Assembly (NCBI GenBank): GCA_965112155.1
Contig: OZ218100.1
Length of the DNA stretch: 64,000 bases
Reading direction: 5' to 3' (one strand)
Source: Podarcis liolepis
Taxonomy: Eukaryota
Shown here: piece after piece, positions 11,605 to 24,639 of the stretch
How positions within the stretch are numbered: the stretch's first letter is position 1
How the letters are laid out: every line of letters begins with the position of its first letter
Notes under the pieces: model-generated
The model's input: only the letters and a program-made list of their open reading frames with translations
The model's database searches: none
What the model was told of the DNA's origin: nothing
Position numbers and translations under genes: made by a program

Positions 11605-14600
11605 AAGCTTTTTGGGGAATATTCATCTTCCCATCAGTGGGACAAGCCTCTATTGGTCTTTTATTAGCAATCAACTTTTCTCCTGAATCATGGACAGCTA
11701 ACTCCCCAAAGACTAAATATTTAAGCATGACAGAGTGAAACTGTTAGCTAACAGCTCTTTTGAATCCATGCTCTTGAGATAGAAGCTGAACATCTAGAAG
11801 AGGAAACATGCACACCCACACTCACACATCCCTGATATGTGTAGTGTTACTTTGTACTTAAACCAACCTTTTTACCTCTTCCTCAAAGAGACTGAATAAT
11901 TCCAATTTCAAGCAGTCTTTCATATCTAATTAAGTAGGTAGCAGATGTGGAAATCTACAGGCAAAGTTAATAATGGCATGAACAAATCATTCTCAAAGAA
12001 AAGTGCCAGCTCAGTAATGAAGTTTATAGATTTTCGATGAGGCAAGTTCTGCAGGCTTGCCTTGAAGAGAGGGAGAGAAAAAAAGATGTCTTTCATGTCA
12101 ATTGTATTTTTGCTCTAGTGAGCACCAAGGTTGTTTTTAAAAATAAAATATGGGCATTTGACCCCTAGGAAATCTGCTATCTCTAGACACTAGACGGGCA
12201 GCAAGGATGAGAGCCAAAAATATTGTTGTTACATATTTCATAAAATAAACTGATGTGGGCAAAGATCTCTTAGTGTGCAAGTATCCAAAAGAATTAATAG
12301 TCATAATGTGTTGATGCATTGTGAATTGCCAGATAATATTATCTTTTAGTGACTACAAGGAGGAAGTTTACTATACTGTACTTTAAAACTATAGTGAAGG
12401 AATTGGGGAGAAATGTTATTAGAAAATATAAGCAATAATTTATAGCTAGATCATGACAAATAGATAAAAAATAATTAAAGTTGTCCACTAGGGGAAATGT
12501 TCTACTTCGATATCTGTTTAAATAATAACTGACTTTTTACATGCAAAATTTGGACTTCTTAAGCATTGCCTTTTGAATTTCCTGTTATACTGAGGTTTTC
12601 AATGTCTTTTTGTCATAACAAATAGAATTTTTCATGAACTTCTTGTGATCAAATAATAACTGAAAGAAACAAATTACAAGTATAGACTTGACTCATGAAA
12701 TAAGGCAGCCTTCAGCTAGTCATAGGTGATTTGACTTAGAGTGGTGTTAGCTATTAAAAATGTGGAACCAGCCTGTTTTTTTTGAAACGTGTTAAGAAAA
12801 GGGAATAAGTATTCATGGAGTTCATTCTGTGGCAACCTAGGAATAAAATAACTGTAACTCATCCCAGTTGTTGTATACTCCTGGCACTCAATTACAACAC
12901 TGTTTGTGGATATAGCTGGATCTTGTGGCAGGTGAAGGAGAACACTATTCTTTATTTATCACATATGCTATTTCCTCCTCAAAAGTAAATGGGGTCAATT
13001 AATCATTCTGCTAAATGTATTTTAAAATCAGTGCATGCTATAAAGCCTAGGCGAATGGTATGATACTTTCACTAGTAGTTGCATATACTGCTTGCAAAAT
13101 CTTTCAATAAGCTGCCCTTTTAAAGTGAAAATATTCCTTAGCAAGAAGTAATTTAAAAGTAACCTTCCCCTTCTACTATGATATTTTTGGGATTTGGGGC
13201 TCAAGTCTGCTTTGCAACATGCTGACTTCTGACTGTGCACCATCATAAATGTTTTACAGATACAATTGCTGTGGACATTTTTGTTTACATCCAACCTATT
13301 TGCAATGTAAGATGTGCATCCTGATCCCATGCATGTTTAATTGAAAGTTTGGTGGGACTTACATAGGTCCATCTAGGATCCCAATGAAACCTAATTAAGG
13401 AAGACATAATACTGAATTTGCAATATTCTTGGGGTTTTCTACTCTCCAAAATTCCAACAAGATTATGACGCTTCTTTCTGTAAACTACAAAAGGTGTTGA
13501 GATCATCATCATAATCACTATCCTGTTTTTAAAAGAAGGAAAGCAAATGCCCCAAGGATAGTGAGAATGGATGCACCTCTCTTCAGTTTGCTGTCTTGGG
13601 GGTTCTTTTGTTTATATGTTATATAAGCATCAGTAAAAGATCTATTAGAATTTAAGTACCTCTCCATTTTGTACAATTCACAATAAAGATATACTGTACT
13701 TAATTGTTTTATGGTTTTGCCATGGGAGTTGCCCATTGGACAGGAGATAATGAAAGACTATTGATTTGACCCTCACTGCTGATTTAAGAACAACTTTGTG
13801 TTAGACTAGATATGACATCCACAACTGGATCACAATTAGATCACCCGAAAAAAGTTAAAAGAAGTTGCATTGGGTGAAAATTGGGTCAGTGCAACAGTAC
13901 TAGCAGAGGCAAGTTATTCCAATCCCTCATGCTGTTTTCCCCAAATACCAAATGTGGTCTGTCCTGTAGCGAAAAACATACAATAACAATACTGGTATCT
14001 GATGTTTCCCCAGGGGTCAAATAATAGTTGGGAGAGATTATTCAGATTGAAAAAGGGATCAGCCACCCACTTCCACAATGCCACAGCTCTGATGTGATGT
14101 GATGGCACCACGGGTGGTTTTAAATTTAAACAGAGTGGGAGATTTTGATCACAGATCTCTCACACCTCGTCTAGTGGCACTCTGAACTGTATAACTGTTG
14201 ATAAGAGAGTGTACCATTCTTCTGCACTGTGATTCTTTAGAGAAAAATGTTCAGTTTGAACTTGATGTGGCCCATATCTGGTGCTGATGTGAGTTTCCTT
14301 TTGTTAAATTGCACTAGTGTTTTGTACATAGGAATGGCGTTTCCACACATGAGGTGTCTTAAGTAGTTCTTGTTTCAGTGCTTTGTAGTGTGGATGCAAA
14401 GCCTACATTGGCCAGAATGCTTCCTCGCAAGTCAAGTGCCTCTCAATCTCAATGATCAGACTTGACATAAACAGCGTGAGAGATGCTTCAGTGGTGATTT
14501 AAGTCTCATGTCTGAAAGCATTCCATGATTAGTCATCTCCAGAAAGACAGTTAAGCAACCAAATATCCTTGGACTTTTGGAGGAGATTAGTGCTTCCTTT

Positions 14601-15668
14601 TAAAACTACCTGTTTCCAAGAGATGGGACATGTTAAAGTCTGAACATTATTCCTGTTTCAGACCAGGAAAAAAGCCAGATTTTATTTCTTTAATAGTTTA
14701 GTAGTAATACCCTTAATATAGCAATATAAGGTGTGTGAGTGTGTGTGTGGCTTGACTCATAGTCTGATACCAAACTCGCTTTGAGCTCACCTTCCCACTT
14801 CACATATGTTTCAGCTGGTGATCAGTTGCTGTTGCTCAGCTCCAAACAGGGATACATTAATGAATCTTCTAAATAGGTTAGTTATTTGGTTTCCTGGTTT
14901 CATCAGATCCTTTCCCCTACAGTATTCCACACAGACCTTCTCCCCTCCTGGGGCAAATTTTGAGGTTTTTCTGCAATGAAAAAAATAACCATGCAGAAAT
15001 ATGTGTTGGAAATGCTAGACTGGGATGCAGCATTCATATGGACATCGCAGGAAAAATCCAATAAGTTTTTCTTGAGATTTCAAATGGAATCTGTGTTTTT
15101 GAGTAGTCTGAGGGTATACTGTGTAGCTCAGGAGATCTGGATCTGGTTAGTGCCAGGATGCAAAACCACCTAAAGACCCTATGCTTTGAATTCCCAAAAA
15201 AGAGGGAAAAGGATGTGAAATAAACAAATAATGTTTCACCATGGATGCATTATAGGATAATGCTATATTGCAACTAATTTTTGATTATGTGTGGTAGCCA
15301 ACTAGGTTCTACTCAGAGTAGACCAGCTGAAATCAACAGACTTAAGTTAGTCATGTAAATTAATTTTACTGAGTCCACTCTGAGTAGGCACAGCTCTGGC
15401 TATAGTCCCATGGCCACAGGTGGAAACACTCTGTAGGAAATTGATCTTGCTTCCCAAAAGAGATATTTTAAAGACACCACTGTATCTTTTACCTTGGTAA
15501 ATATGCAGCTTTTTCTGGGTCTGCGGAGGGGGTAGGGATTATACATTAATATTACATTAATCTGACAACACAAATGTTTCAGTCAGTTTATTTTAGCTTG
15601 TGCAAGTATGCAGTAGCCATTTAGGTGATAACAGTGATCCAGTTTGGGTAAGGTACCACAAACACAGT

Positions 15669-15774
15669 GGGACGCGGGTGGTGCTGTGGTTTAAACCACT
15701 GAGCCTTGGGCTTGCCATTCAGAAGGTCAGTGGTTCGAATCCCAACGACGGAGTGAGCTCCCGTTGCTTGGTAC

Positions 15775-15818
<44 letters not shown>

Positions 15819-16124
15819 TTTATTTATATCCCGCCCTCCCCAGCCGAGCCGGGCTCAGGGCGGCTAACAACAGTCAGGGCGGCTAACTAGCAGTTCGAAA
15901 GCACAAAGTACAAGTAGATAAATAGGTACCGCTCTGGTGGGAAGGTAAACAGCACTTCCGTGCACTGCTTTGGTTTGCCAGAAGCAGCTTAGTCATGCTG
16001 GCCGCATGACCCGGAAGCTGTCTGCGGACAAACGCCAGCTCCATTGGCCAGTAAAGCGAGATGAGCGCCGCAACCCCAGAGTCGTCCGTGACTGGACCTA
16101 ACGGTCAGGGGTACCTTTACCTTT
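15669..16124 (+). mobile_element. Sauria SINE, full length, with internal insertion
   Basis: Head gggacgcgggtggtgctgtggtttaaacc...ggttcgaatccc (B-box) and tail cctttaccttt. 13-bp TSD taccacaaacaca at 15654-15666 and 16125-16137. Homologous to the copies at 32.1 and 45.4 kb. Confidence 0.9.
15775..15887 (-). mobile_element. Short LINE (L2-like) 3'-end fragment with (TTA)n tail nested in the Sauria SINE
   Basis: Minus strand reads gttagccgccctgagcccggctcggctggggagggcgggatataaataaaattt(att)n. It is absent from the other two SINE copies. Confidence 0.75.
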
Positions 16125-17097
16125 TACCACAAACACATTTCTAAAAATCTTTTTAGCATTTTAGATCAAGGCAAGTTTGATGTTATTTGATTGTTATGGA
16201 CATTGTTGCTTCACATTCATAGGGTCTAGAGAAGAATCAGAGAACACATGCCTGACTATATTTCCCCCCTCAACATTATATGTGTGCGTGAGAGAAAGAA
16301 AGAAGAGAGTGAGAGAGAGAGAGAGAGAATGAATGTCAGCCTCCACTGAAGAAGACAAATAAAGCCATACAGTCAAGAGAAATCACAAACAGCTAATCTT
16401 GCCAGGTTATCATGCAACTTTGTCCTGCAGCTGCACACCAGGGAGTGCATTATTTCGAAAGGAAGCAACAGTCAAGTTACAAAGTAAGAGGATCTCTGCA
16501 TCTGTCTGTGCAAATGCCTGTCACTGAGCATCCTTGCTTCAAGGCATTTAATGAAATCTGTTGCTGCATTTAAAAGAAAACACCCTGCTGCTGCATGTGC
16601 CTCCTCTGAACCCTCTGACTGGATTCAGGAACTGCCTGCATTTGGTGCTCAAGAAAATATGCTTAATGAATGAAGAGGCATTTAAACCTTTTCTTGCCTC
16701 TTGTAGCAAGGAAGGCATTTGCATTGGTGGGTTCCTCTTTTGCTGTTGGCCGAAACTTGGCAAATGGCATGGATAGTCTGTCTCAGAAGGGCGTGTGAGG
16801 GGCAGTTCTGGAGCAGTAGTCTGTAGCAAGCAGAAAAGAGAATGGCTGACACCAAGAGGGGATGTGTGTTGTGAGCTACAAAATAAATGCAAAAGGAGCA
16901 AGATGGATGGATGAAGCAAGAAGGGGAATGTGCCAAGGAGCTTAGTTCTAGACTATGGATCAAATTGCTATGGCAGAATAGCCCACACATTCTGAGCCAA
17001 CTGGTTTCTGGGGAGCCCTACTGTACAGAATATGAAAAAATTCAGAGGGCACTTGCAAATGTCCTGTTTTGTATGGGGCACAGGAACATAGAAAGCT

Positions 17098-17166
17098 TTC
17101 TTCTTCTTCTTCTTCTTCTTCTTCTTCTTCTTCTTCTTCTTCTTCTTCTTCTTCTTCTTCTTCTTC
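17098..17166. repeat. (TTC)23 microsatellite
   Basis: Directly visible perfect tract. Confidence 0.97.
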
Positions 17167-18859
17167 ATTGAATTTATATACCACCCTATACCCTGGGGTC
17201 TCAGACCATAGCTCAGGACTGGCAGTGGTTCTCCTGGATTGCAGGCAGGAAATCTTTCCCAGCCCTACCTGGAATTGAACTTGGGACCTTTTGCATGCAA
17301 AGCAGATGCTCTACCACTAAGCTATGGGTCCTCGCCTAATGGGGCTACCCTAAGAATGAATGAACAGAGTGGCCAGTTCCCATTTGTGTTGGCTGTAAAT
17401 TGGCTTGTTTAGCACTGTAAATTAGACCTATTATCAATATCACTGAACTATAGAATTAAGAAGGAAATAGTTAAATACATGCATCATTATTGCCACCGCT
17501 CTACTGAAGTGCAATTGAGTGGCTGTGATATCTGCAGCCCTTGTTATACACTAGTCATAGGACCTGTTCCCTGAACAACTGCCTGCTTTGGGGTGTTCAT
17601 ACAAATATATGTTGAGGTAAAGCCACCACATCTGATTGCTACCAGCTATTTGAACATGACGCAGCCATATGCTTCTGTAGCATCTCACTGCCAGCAGGGC
17701 TTTCCTTAAATTCTCTGGTCAATAGGCACTAAAGGCTAAAAATGAGACCTGCAGAGATCTTCAAAAACTTAATAGCTGTTCCTTCTGCTAGGGGTGTACA
17801 CTGAGCACAAGGTTTGGTTTCGGCCCTGATTTAGCACATCAGTGAGCAGCCCAATTTAGTCCAAAATGCTTCAGAAGTTGTCTGATTCAGTTAAGGTTTA
17901 GATTTGAATTCTAATTTGGGCAAGCATGACTCCAGCCTTCTCTACTGGGGGTTATGTGCAGTTCACATTTGAATTTTATTCAACCCCTCCACCCTGCACT
18001 GTCTATAACTTAAAAAGAAATATTTCTGCAGAACTGGATGAAATTTCAGACTTATTAGCACCTTTGGGGTGTTCTTGAGAATCCTGCCAAATTCTAAAAG
18101 GAAAGCTGTAGTGGTTTTCCTGCACGGGTGTCCTTTACTGTTTTTGGGTGGTTAAAAAGGATCTACTTAATCTCCTCTATTGTTTTGTGGGCAATTTTAT
18201 ATGAAAATTTATGCTCCTAGATAAGAAACTTCCACATTATGGACAAATAGTCTAGGAAGATTTTGTGCTTGTGCCTTTAAAGTTGATTTTGTAGGACAGA
18301 GGAAGAGCTAAATGGGAATTATTTCCCTCCCTTCGATTTTGTGGGCATCAATTTTCTGGAGGCTCCCCTAGGAAAGTAACCTGCAAAAATTCAGAATGTT
18401 AGGTGTAAGGTACTGAGTTTTGATTAAGGGAGGGGACTCCCACCTCAGGCTTCTGTTCTGCTCAGCCAGCAGCAAGACTTAAAGAAACGAAGTGCAAAGC
18501 TGATTTGACAGGAATGGGTACCTGGGTGTGTGGCACAGGGGCAGAAGAACTTGAATGCCCAGCATTTCCATACAAGCATTAGTAGCAGAACCAGCACAGA
18601 TGCAGAACAGACAACTACAAGCTGGTGTCCCTTCTCCAAGCTCTGGGATTGGAAAGTCCTGCTGAAATCATTTTCTCTTAGTCAGAAAAGAGGCCTCCCG
18701 CCTTGGTGTGTGTCTTCAATGGCTAGCATAGAGACAAATGTCACTTTTTAACAGATCTGCTGTGTAGGTTTTTTTAATAAAAAATATCAGAATCTCTGAG
18801 CCACTTCAGAGATCCCTGTTTCAGTTTAGGGCGCCTTCGAGAAATCCCACTTGAACTCA

Positions 18860-19132
18860 GGACTTATCCCCACTCACCTTTTGCTCCACTCTTTCTCGCA
18901 GAGGTCTGTGCTTTAACACTCCATGTTGTTGCCCTGAGATTTCCCCGCAAAAACTCACTCTTTAAAGCTCAATCAGAGCAAACGTCAGTTCAGGTTTTCC
19001 ATAGATTGATGTTTGCCTCCATTGAGCTTCAAAAGTGGGGTTTTGCAGGGAAAACTCTGGACCACAGACACAGAGCTTTAAATCATGGATCGTCCTGGTA
19101 AGAGCAGAGGAAAGGTAACTGTGGATAAGCTC
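18860..19132. mobile_element. Palindromic PIF/Harbinger-like MITE
   Basis: Imperfect inverted repeat over its whole length (ggacttatcc...ggataagctc; ttccccgcaaaaactcact...agtggggttttgcagggaa), with 3-bp TCA on both flanks. Confidence 0.7.
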
Positions 19133-20450
19133 TCAGACAAGCCCTGAATCTCTCCAAAGTGACTCACTTTGATTCTTGATTGTCCAGATCTGATGCAGAC
19201 CCCTTACATCTTGCTGGCCATTATTTATTTATTCTAGCTGCAAGAAGCAGAGTGTGTGTGAAAAGTAGTCTTAGGATGGTTCTCATTAATATGGGGAAGG
19301 AAATTGAGTTTCATTTTATTCTAGATAGCACATGCCATTAATCTTAAAATATCAATGCACACTTCCCTTTAGCCCGTCAGGCATTTACTTGTGCATGCAG
19401 ATTGGCGCCGGAGCACAAAGGAGTCCTCTAATCAAGCACTTCTATTGCTGTGCATATGACAATTTGCATGTGGCAGATTGTGGAAGTGTTACAGGCTGTG
19501 CTGAATCTATACATATGCAGATTAATGCAAAAAAAGAAAGATTAAATTATTACCTTTGCTTGTTGATGGATTTTGTAGCACTTCATTATTTGCCCTAATC
19601 TCTGTTTTCCTCCCTAGTTTTTTATGTGATGCATTTTGGTTTTCAACAAATGTAAGCCTCTGATGCAGTTCCGGCGTAATGCCTGGCATCATTTTTAATT
19701 TAAGCATTGAGACCGAAAAACCTTTCTGTGTTGCTGTGTGATAGTTGTTCATGGCTGGCTATCAGTCTACAAGGTGATTCTGAAGAAAATAATATCTATG
19801 CACAAATTAATGCAATAAGGAGAAAAATATGGAATATGGCTAAATGTATGCATGATCTCATTTCCAAGGGAAATATATCCTTTTGGCACTGCCAAGTGAG
19901 CTTGACATTTTTGAGTGCTGAGAAATGTGTTTTTTAATTATATTGCCCTGCTTTGTGCAGTGGGACAGAAATGCTCTTTAAATCAGGCTTGCACATTGGT
20001 GGCTGACCAAGCCAAACGTAGCTTACCAGTCGTGCGCTGTGGCCTGCCAGATGCTTGACAAATCCCAGTTCCATGCAGGCAGTAAAAGCAGAAGGTGGAA
20101 GACCCTCTAGTGGGTTAACATACATAACTGGTGGCTGCATTGGTAGGTCAGACGTTGGGCAGACCTCCTCTTAATCATTACGTGACATAAAAAAAAGACC
20201 ATGCCTGCCTAAAGGAACAAAAAGCAGAATTATATTCTACTGGAATTGCAGTTTAGTTATAAAACACTTTCTCCATAGGAGCAGTAGAACAATCTCATTC
20301 CCTGCTTAAGGCCTTAGACAAGGACAGGAATGGTCCTTTTAATTCCCATGCATTTTGGTGGCATCATTGGAGAAGAGCTGGGTACAGTACCTGCTTTGCA
20401 TGCAGAAGGTCCCAGGCCCACTCCCACCCCCACATCTCTAGGTAGGAATG

Positions 20451-20596
20451 CATGGATAGCTCAGTTGGGGGGCTGATAATGCCAAGGTTGCAGGTTCAAT
20501 TCCCCTATGGGACAGCTGCATATTCCTGCATTATGAGGGATTGGATTAGATGATCCTCAGGGTCCCTTCCAACTCTACAGTTCTATGATTCTATGA
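20451..20596 (+). mobile_element. tRNA-head / CR1-tail SINE nested in another SINE
   Basis: atagctcagttgg...ggttgcaggttcaattccc head and gatgatcctcagggtcccttccaactctacagttctatgattctatg tail. Confidence 0.8.
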
Positions 20597-21239
20597 CTTC
20601 CCAGTCATAGAATGTCTCCAGTCTCCAACTCTGGAGAGCTATTGGCCAAACATTGTAGACCATCCTGGGATGAATGGACCATTTGTTCTTGTGCTATGTC
20701 TGCAGGACTTTCATGCATGACCAACATGGGAGGTTAAAAAGTGGGCAGACTGTGGTTGTGATAAGGGAAATATCAGGCGGAACCTGATGCTCACTCAAGA
20801 CTCATTCATTCCCCATGATGTCTATGAAAGAGATGATGAAATTTAAAACACTGTGATTATAGTGAACAGTCCTAGCTGACTATTTTCCACCTGTTCCCTC
20901 CCTGTCCTCCCTGCTGCAATGGAGGCTGGAATTCACAACACACCTCCAGGGGCATTTAAGACTGAGTCAGGAAACTATAATTTCACATGGGCATGTGGCA
21001 CTATGTCTTCTTGTCCCTAGCATGCAGGTTGCACAAGTGGGAACATGGTGTGTGGTGCACCCGTCAAAGGCTACAAACAGCAGCATCTGACAGCAAAGTA
21101 GCTCATGTGATGAGCTATCAGAACTGCAGCTTGGCCATGGAGTAGTCTCAGGCTCTGGCCTGCCAGCTCCTCCCTGAGGCCTGCCATCTTGGCTGCGAGT
21201 CCTGCGAGTCCTGGGAGACCTGCTCCCTGCTTTTTCCAC

Positions 21240-21570
21240 CTGACCTGGGAGGGTGGGGCACAGAAGGACTCCAGCTACAAAAGCTAAGACTGCTGAACAG
21301 ACTCTTGGACTGCATTGGGGCATTGTTTAGGGGGTTTTGTTGGGGGGAGGGTTTGTTGCTGTTATTGATGCTAATTTGCTGTATCTTTATTTCAGTACTT
21401 ACTATGAGTTGTGTGGAGTTGTTTAATTTGGTTGTGTACTTTTTGATGTTTTATTTATTGTTTATGACTACTTTTGTTATGTTCATAATTATGGATTTTT
21501 TTTCATATTGTAAAGCCACCTAGAGCATGGCTTGAACTATAGGAAGGTGGCCTGCAAATAAAATAATATA
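21240..21570 (+). mobile_element. Decayed L2-like LINE 3' end
   Basis: T-rich 3'UTR followed by ttgtaaagccacctagagc...ggaaggtggcctgcaaataaaataat. Boundaries approximate. Confidence 0.55.
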
Positions 21571-24500
21571 TGTATGTATGTATGCTCCTGGAAAGTGATG
21601 GCTATAAAAGGCTTCCTGACTGGACTGGGCAATGAAGTCCATTTACCTGAACAACAAGGTCTTACTGGTTCTAGTGCATTCCTGTTCTGACTGCCAGTTC
21701 AGTACACTACAAAGACTTGCATCACGAGCCTGCCTTTTGGCTTTCTTAGAAGGTTGCTCTAGAGAAGGGGAGGTTGGGGGTTCGGCCTCTTTCTGGTCTG
21801 TGTCACTTTTGTCATAAGTCCATTCTTTCTTGCTTCTGCACTGATCTGCAATTATTGTTTTCTTTTTTAAAAAGTAAAATCGGCAAAAAAATGTGCATTT
21901 CAATATGTAGCCTTGAATGTATTTTCTCACAAAATAGACAGTGCTAAATGCACATTATCTCAAACCGCTCTGGTGTGCCTTTTGAATTAGGAGCTGCAAA
22001 CACGAGAAATGTGAAATCCAAAGAACAGAGATGGTCTGTTGAGCAGATTAGCCTGGAAGGTTAGTGTGGATCAGGTCAAGTTGTATCTGAATTCACAAAG
22101 AAGTAATTCCGCAATTTCTCCTAATAGCAGCAGTTGCTTTCTCTTCCCCACTGTGCCATGGTGGTCATCATGGGCTGGTGTGGTCATTCCCTCTTCCTAA
22201 TTGCCTAGCTCTGGTTTGGTTTGTGTGTGTAACAGAGAAGGGAGGGTGTGCTGTGTAGGGTAGCATCACTAGATATCAATTGATATGGGGTGACATTGTT
22301 GGCAAGTGAGCTCATGATTGATGCATGCCGATGATGTTTCCAAGGATGCTGTGCTAGTGGCTGTCAGTGTTGCTCTCATTTCATTGCTGTGCTTCTGACT
22401 TTCCTGCTGGTTGAGCACAGGATTGCATTATACTACAATTAGGACCTGGCATAGCACAAACTACTTTAACTAGACCATGGAATTGCCCTGGTCCATGGTA
22501 TTTAGTAGCTGATGTGTGCCAGACACTGTATGGAGCACAGAAGTGATAGGCCTTCTCCAGATGACAAAAGATTCACATGGGGCAGAGAAAACAGGGAAGC
22601 GGGAAGAGGTCAGGTTTCAGGTCAGGAGTCAATTATGAGGGAAGAGGCTAAATTGTAAGGAAATGGGAGCTGACATAAAGTGAGCATGTGCAAAAGTAGG
22701 ACTAAGGAAAAAAATCACTGAAATGGAAATTTACATCCAAGAAGCTTGCATTTGGTTTCACTGCCTTCCACTTATAAAGTATTAATCAGTCCGAATTCCT
22801 CCAAAATGGGTCAACTGTGCTTCTGGTGCTCTAGTCTACACTTAAGAAGGCAGATCTTAATATTTTTTGGTTTAAATTGTGAAATCACTGAATGATGGAT
22901 TTCTGTTGCCAGAAGGAGAACATTTATAAATAATGTAGCCTCCATGGCTCTCAAAGTCACCATTCCAGGATTTCTGAGACTCTGGAAAGTGTGATCCTAA
23001 GCAGGTCTACTCAGAAGTTGGCCCTGCTACATTCCGTGTGGCTTACTCCCAGCTAACTGCAAGCTAAGTGAATGAATATTGTTGCTAACCAACTGCTGCC
23101 TGGCAGACCAGGTGGAAAGAGCTAGAGCTCTGTGTGAGTTTTTAAGGCAGCTGGCATTCACAACTCAGAAGCCACTGTCATAGATGGCATTAATTAAAAC
23201 CACTACTGTGAGGCTCCGCTGAAAGGCTCCCTGACTGACTGCCCATGGGGACTGAAAGGGGGAACTGCCTTACCCCTGCGGGCGACAGAACTGGTATGCA
23301 CACCAGGAGGAAATCAGTGATTCCCCCCCCCCCTTTAAATGTTAAGAAAACTTTCCTAAGCAGATGAAAAAAACAAACATTTTATGGCAAGGTGGCTTAC
23401 CCGCCCTCTCTCTCTCAGATCAATTCAGAACAATTAAAATAACATAAACATAGATTGAGGTTGAAATCCTAACTCCATTTCTCTAGGATTTACCCCTGTA
23501 AATTCAACAGGATTCTGAGCAGACTTGTTTAGGATTGCAATGTAATGTGTTAAAAGTTGTTTAATTGTATACCATCTATAAATAAGTGTTTATGATAAAA
23601 GACAGCGTATTTTTTCTACCACATTTTTCTTTCATAAAAATGCTCCTGGTGGCTGTCTGCTGTGTTTGGATCTTTCCTTCCCATTAAAGTGGCCATGTAC
23701 TCTACAGAGGACAGCCTGTTTTTAAAGGTGATCTTTATTGAAAGGATTGCACATGCTTAGTTTAAAGATCAAGAATGATAATAGAGCAGAGCAGGACTCT
23801 TCTCCTGGATAGCAGACTGAGCACCCCACACACAGACCCCAGACCCATCACATGCCACACTGAGTTCCCCTTCCTGAATAGAATAGCGCACATCAGGGAC
23901 TCTTCTCTCTTTTCATAAAGGTATTCACATATCAAAAAAAGAGACCCTGTATTTCTCGTGGTTGCATAAAGGTCTGCAATCTATTAGTAGACAGATGCAC
24001 AGACCATTTTTTTCCAATTAAAAAAGTTCCCTAATGAAAACCACACCTTACACATGCCCTGAAGTGTTTTTTCCTAAATTTTATTGCATATTTGAACATT
24101 TTCACGCTTCTCGCACAGTGCTAATTAACACATTGATTGAGTCCCACGTATAGTGTTTTCTAACAAGAATATGCATATGACTTCTCTTTTAGCAGAAACA
24201 TGTCTTTTGGTGTTCAGCTATCACAATGGAGCACAAGGTAACGTCAGACACACTTTGGGAAGGGTCATGGCTCATTGGTAGAGCCCATGCTTGGCAGTTT
24301 TGTCAGTACTGAGAGCTTAAAGCAGCTCTCTATGATCTTTCTCAAAGCACCTTTGGAGAATAGTGAAAGCTACACTGTTGAAATGGCGAGTACCACTTGT
24401 CTTAAAAATAACAGGTTATTTCCTATCATTCAGAAAGCACCCAGAGCTTCAATCCACATTCAGGTCTGATAGTTTCCTCCATTCTTGTGTTCAGCACATT

Positions 24501-24580
24501 CACCATGGGCCATTTTCTAGCCTTTCTATACTTGAGTGAGGTTTCCTTCTCATTAAGAAGCAACAGTTCATACATTTGCC

Positions 24581-24639
24581 AGAAGAAGAAGAAGAAGAAG
24601 AAGAAGAAGAAGAAGAAGAAGAAGAAGAAGAAGAAGAAG
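24581..24639. repeat. (GAA)~19 microsatellite
   Basis: Directly visible perfect tract. Confidence 0.97.

Noticed and set aside
16887-17278. ORFs with poly-E/K/L/S runs (also the poly-F/S ORFs at 24426-24769)
   Set aside because: Translations of TTC/GAA microsatellites.
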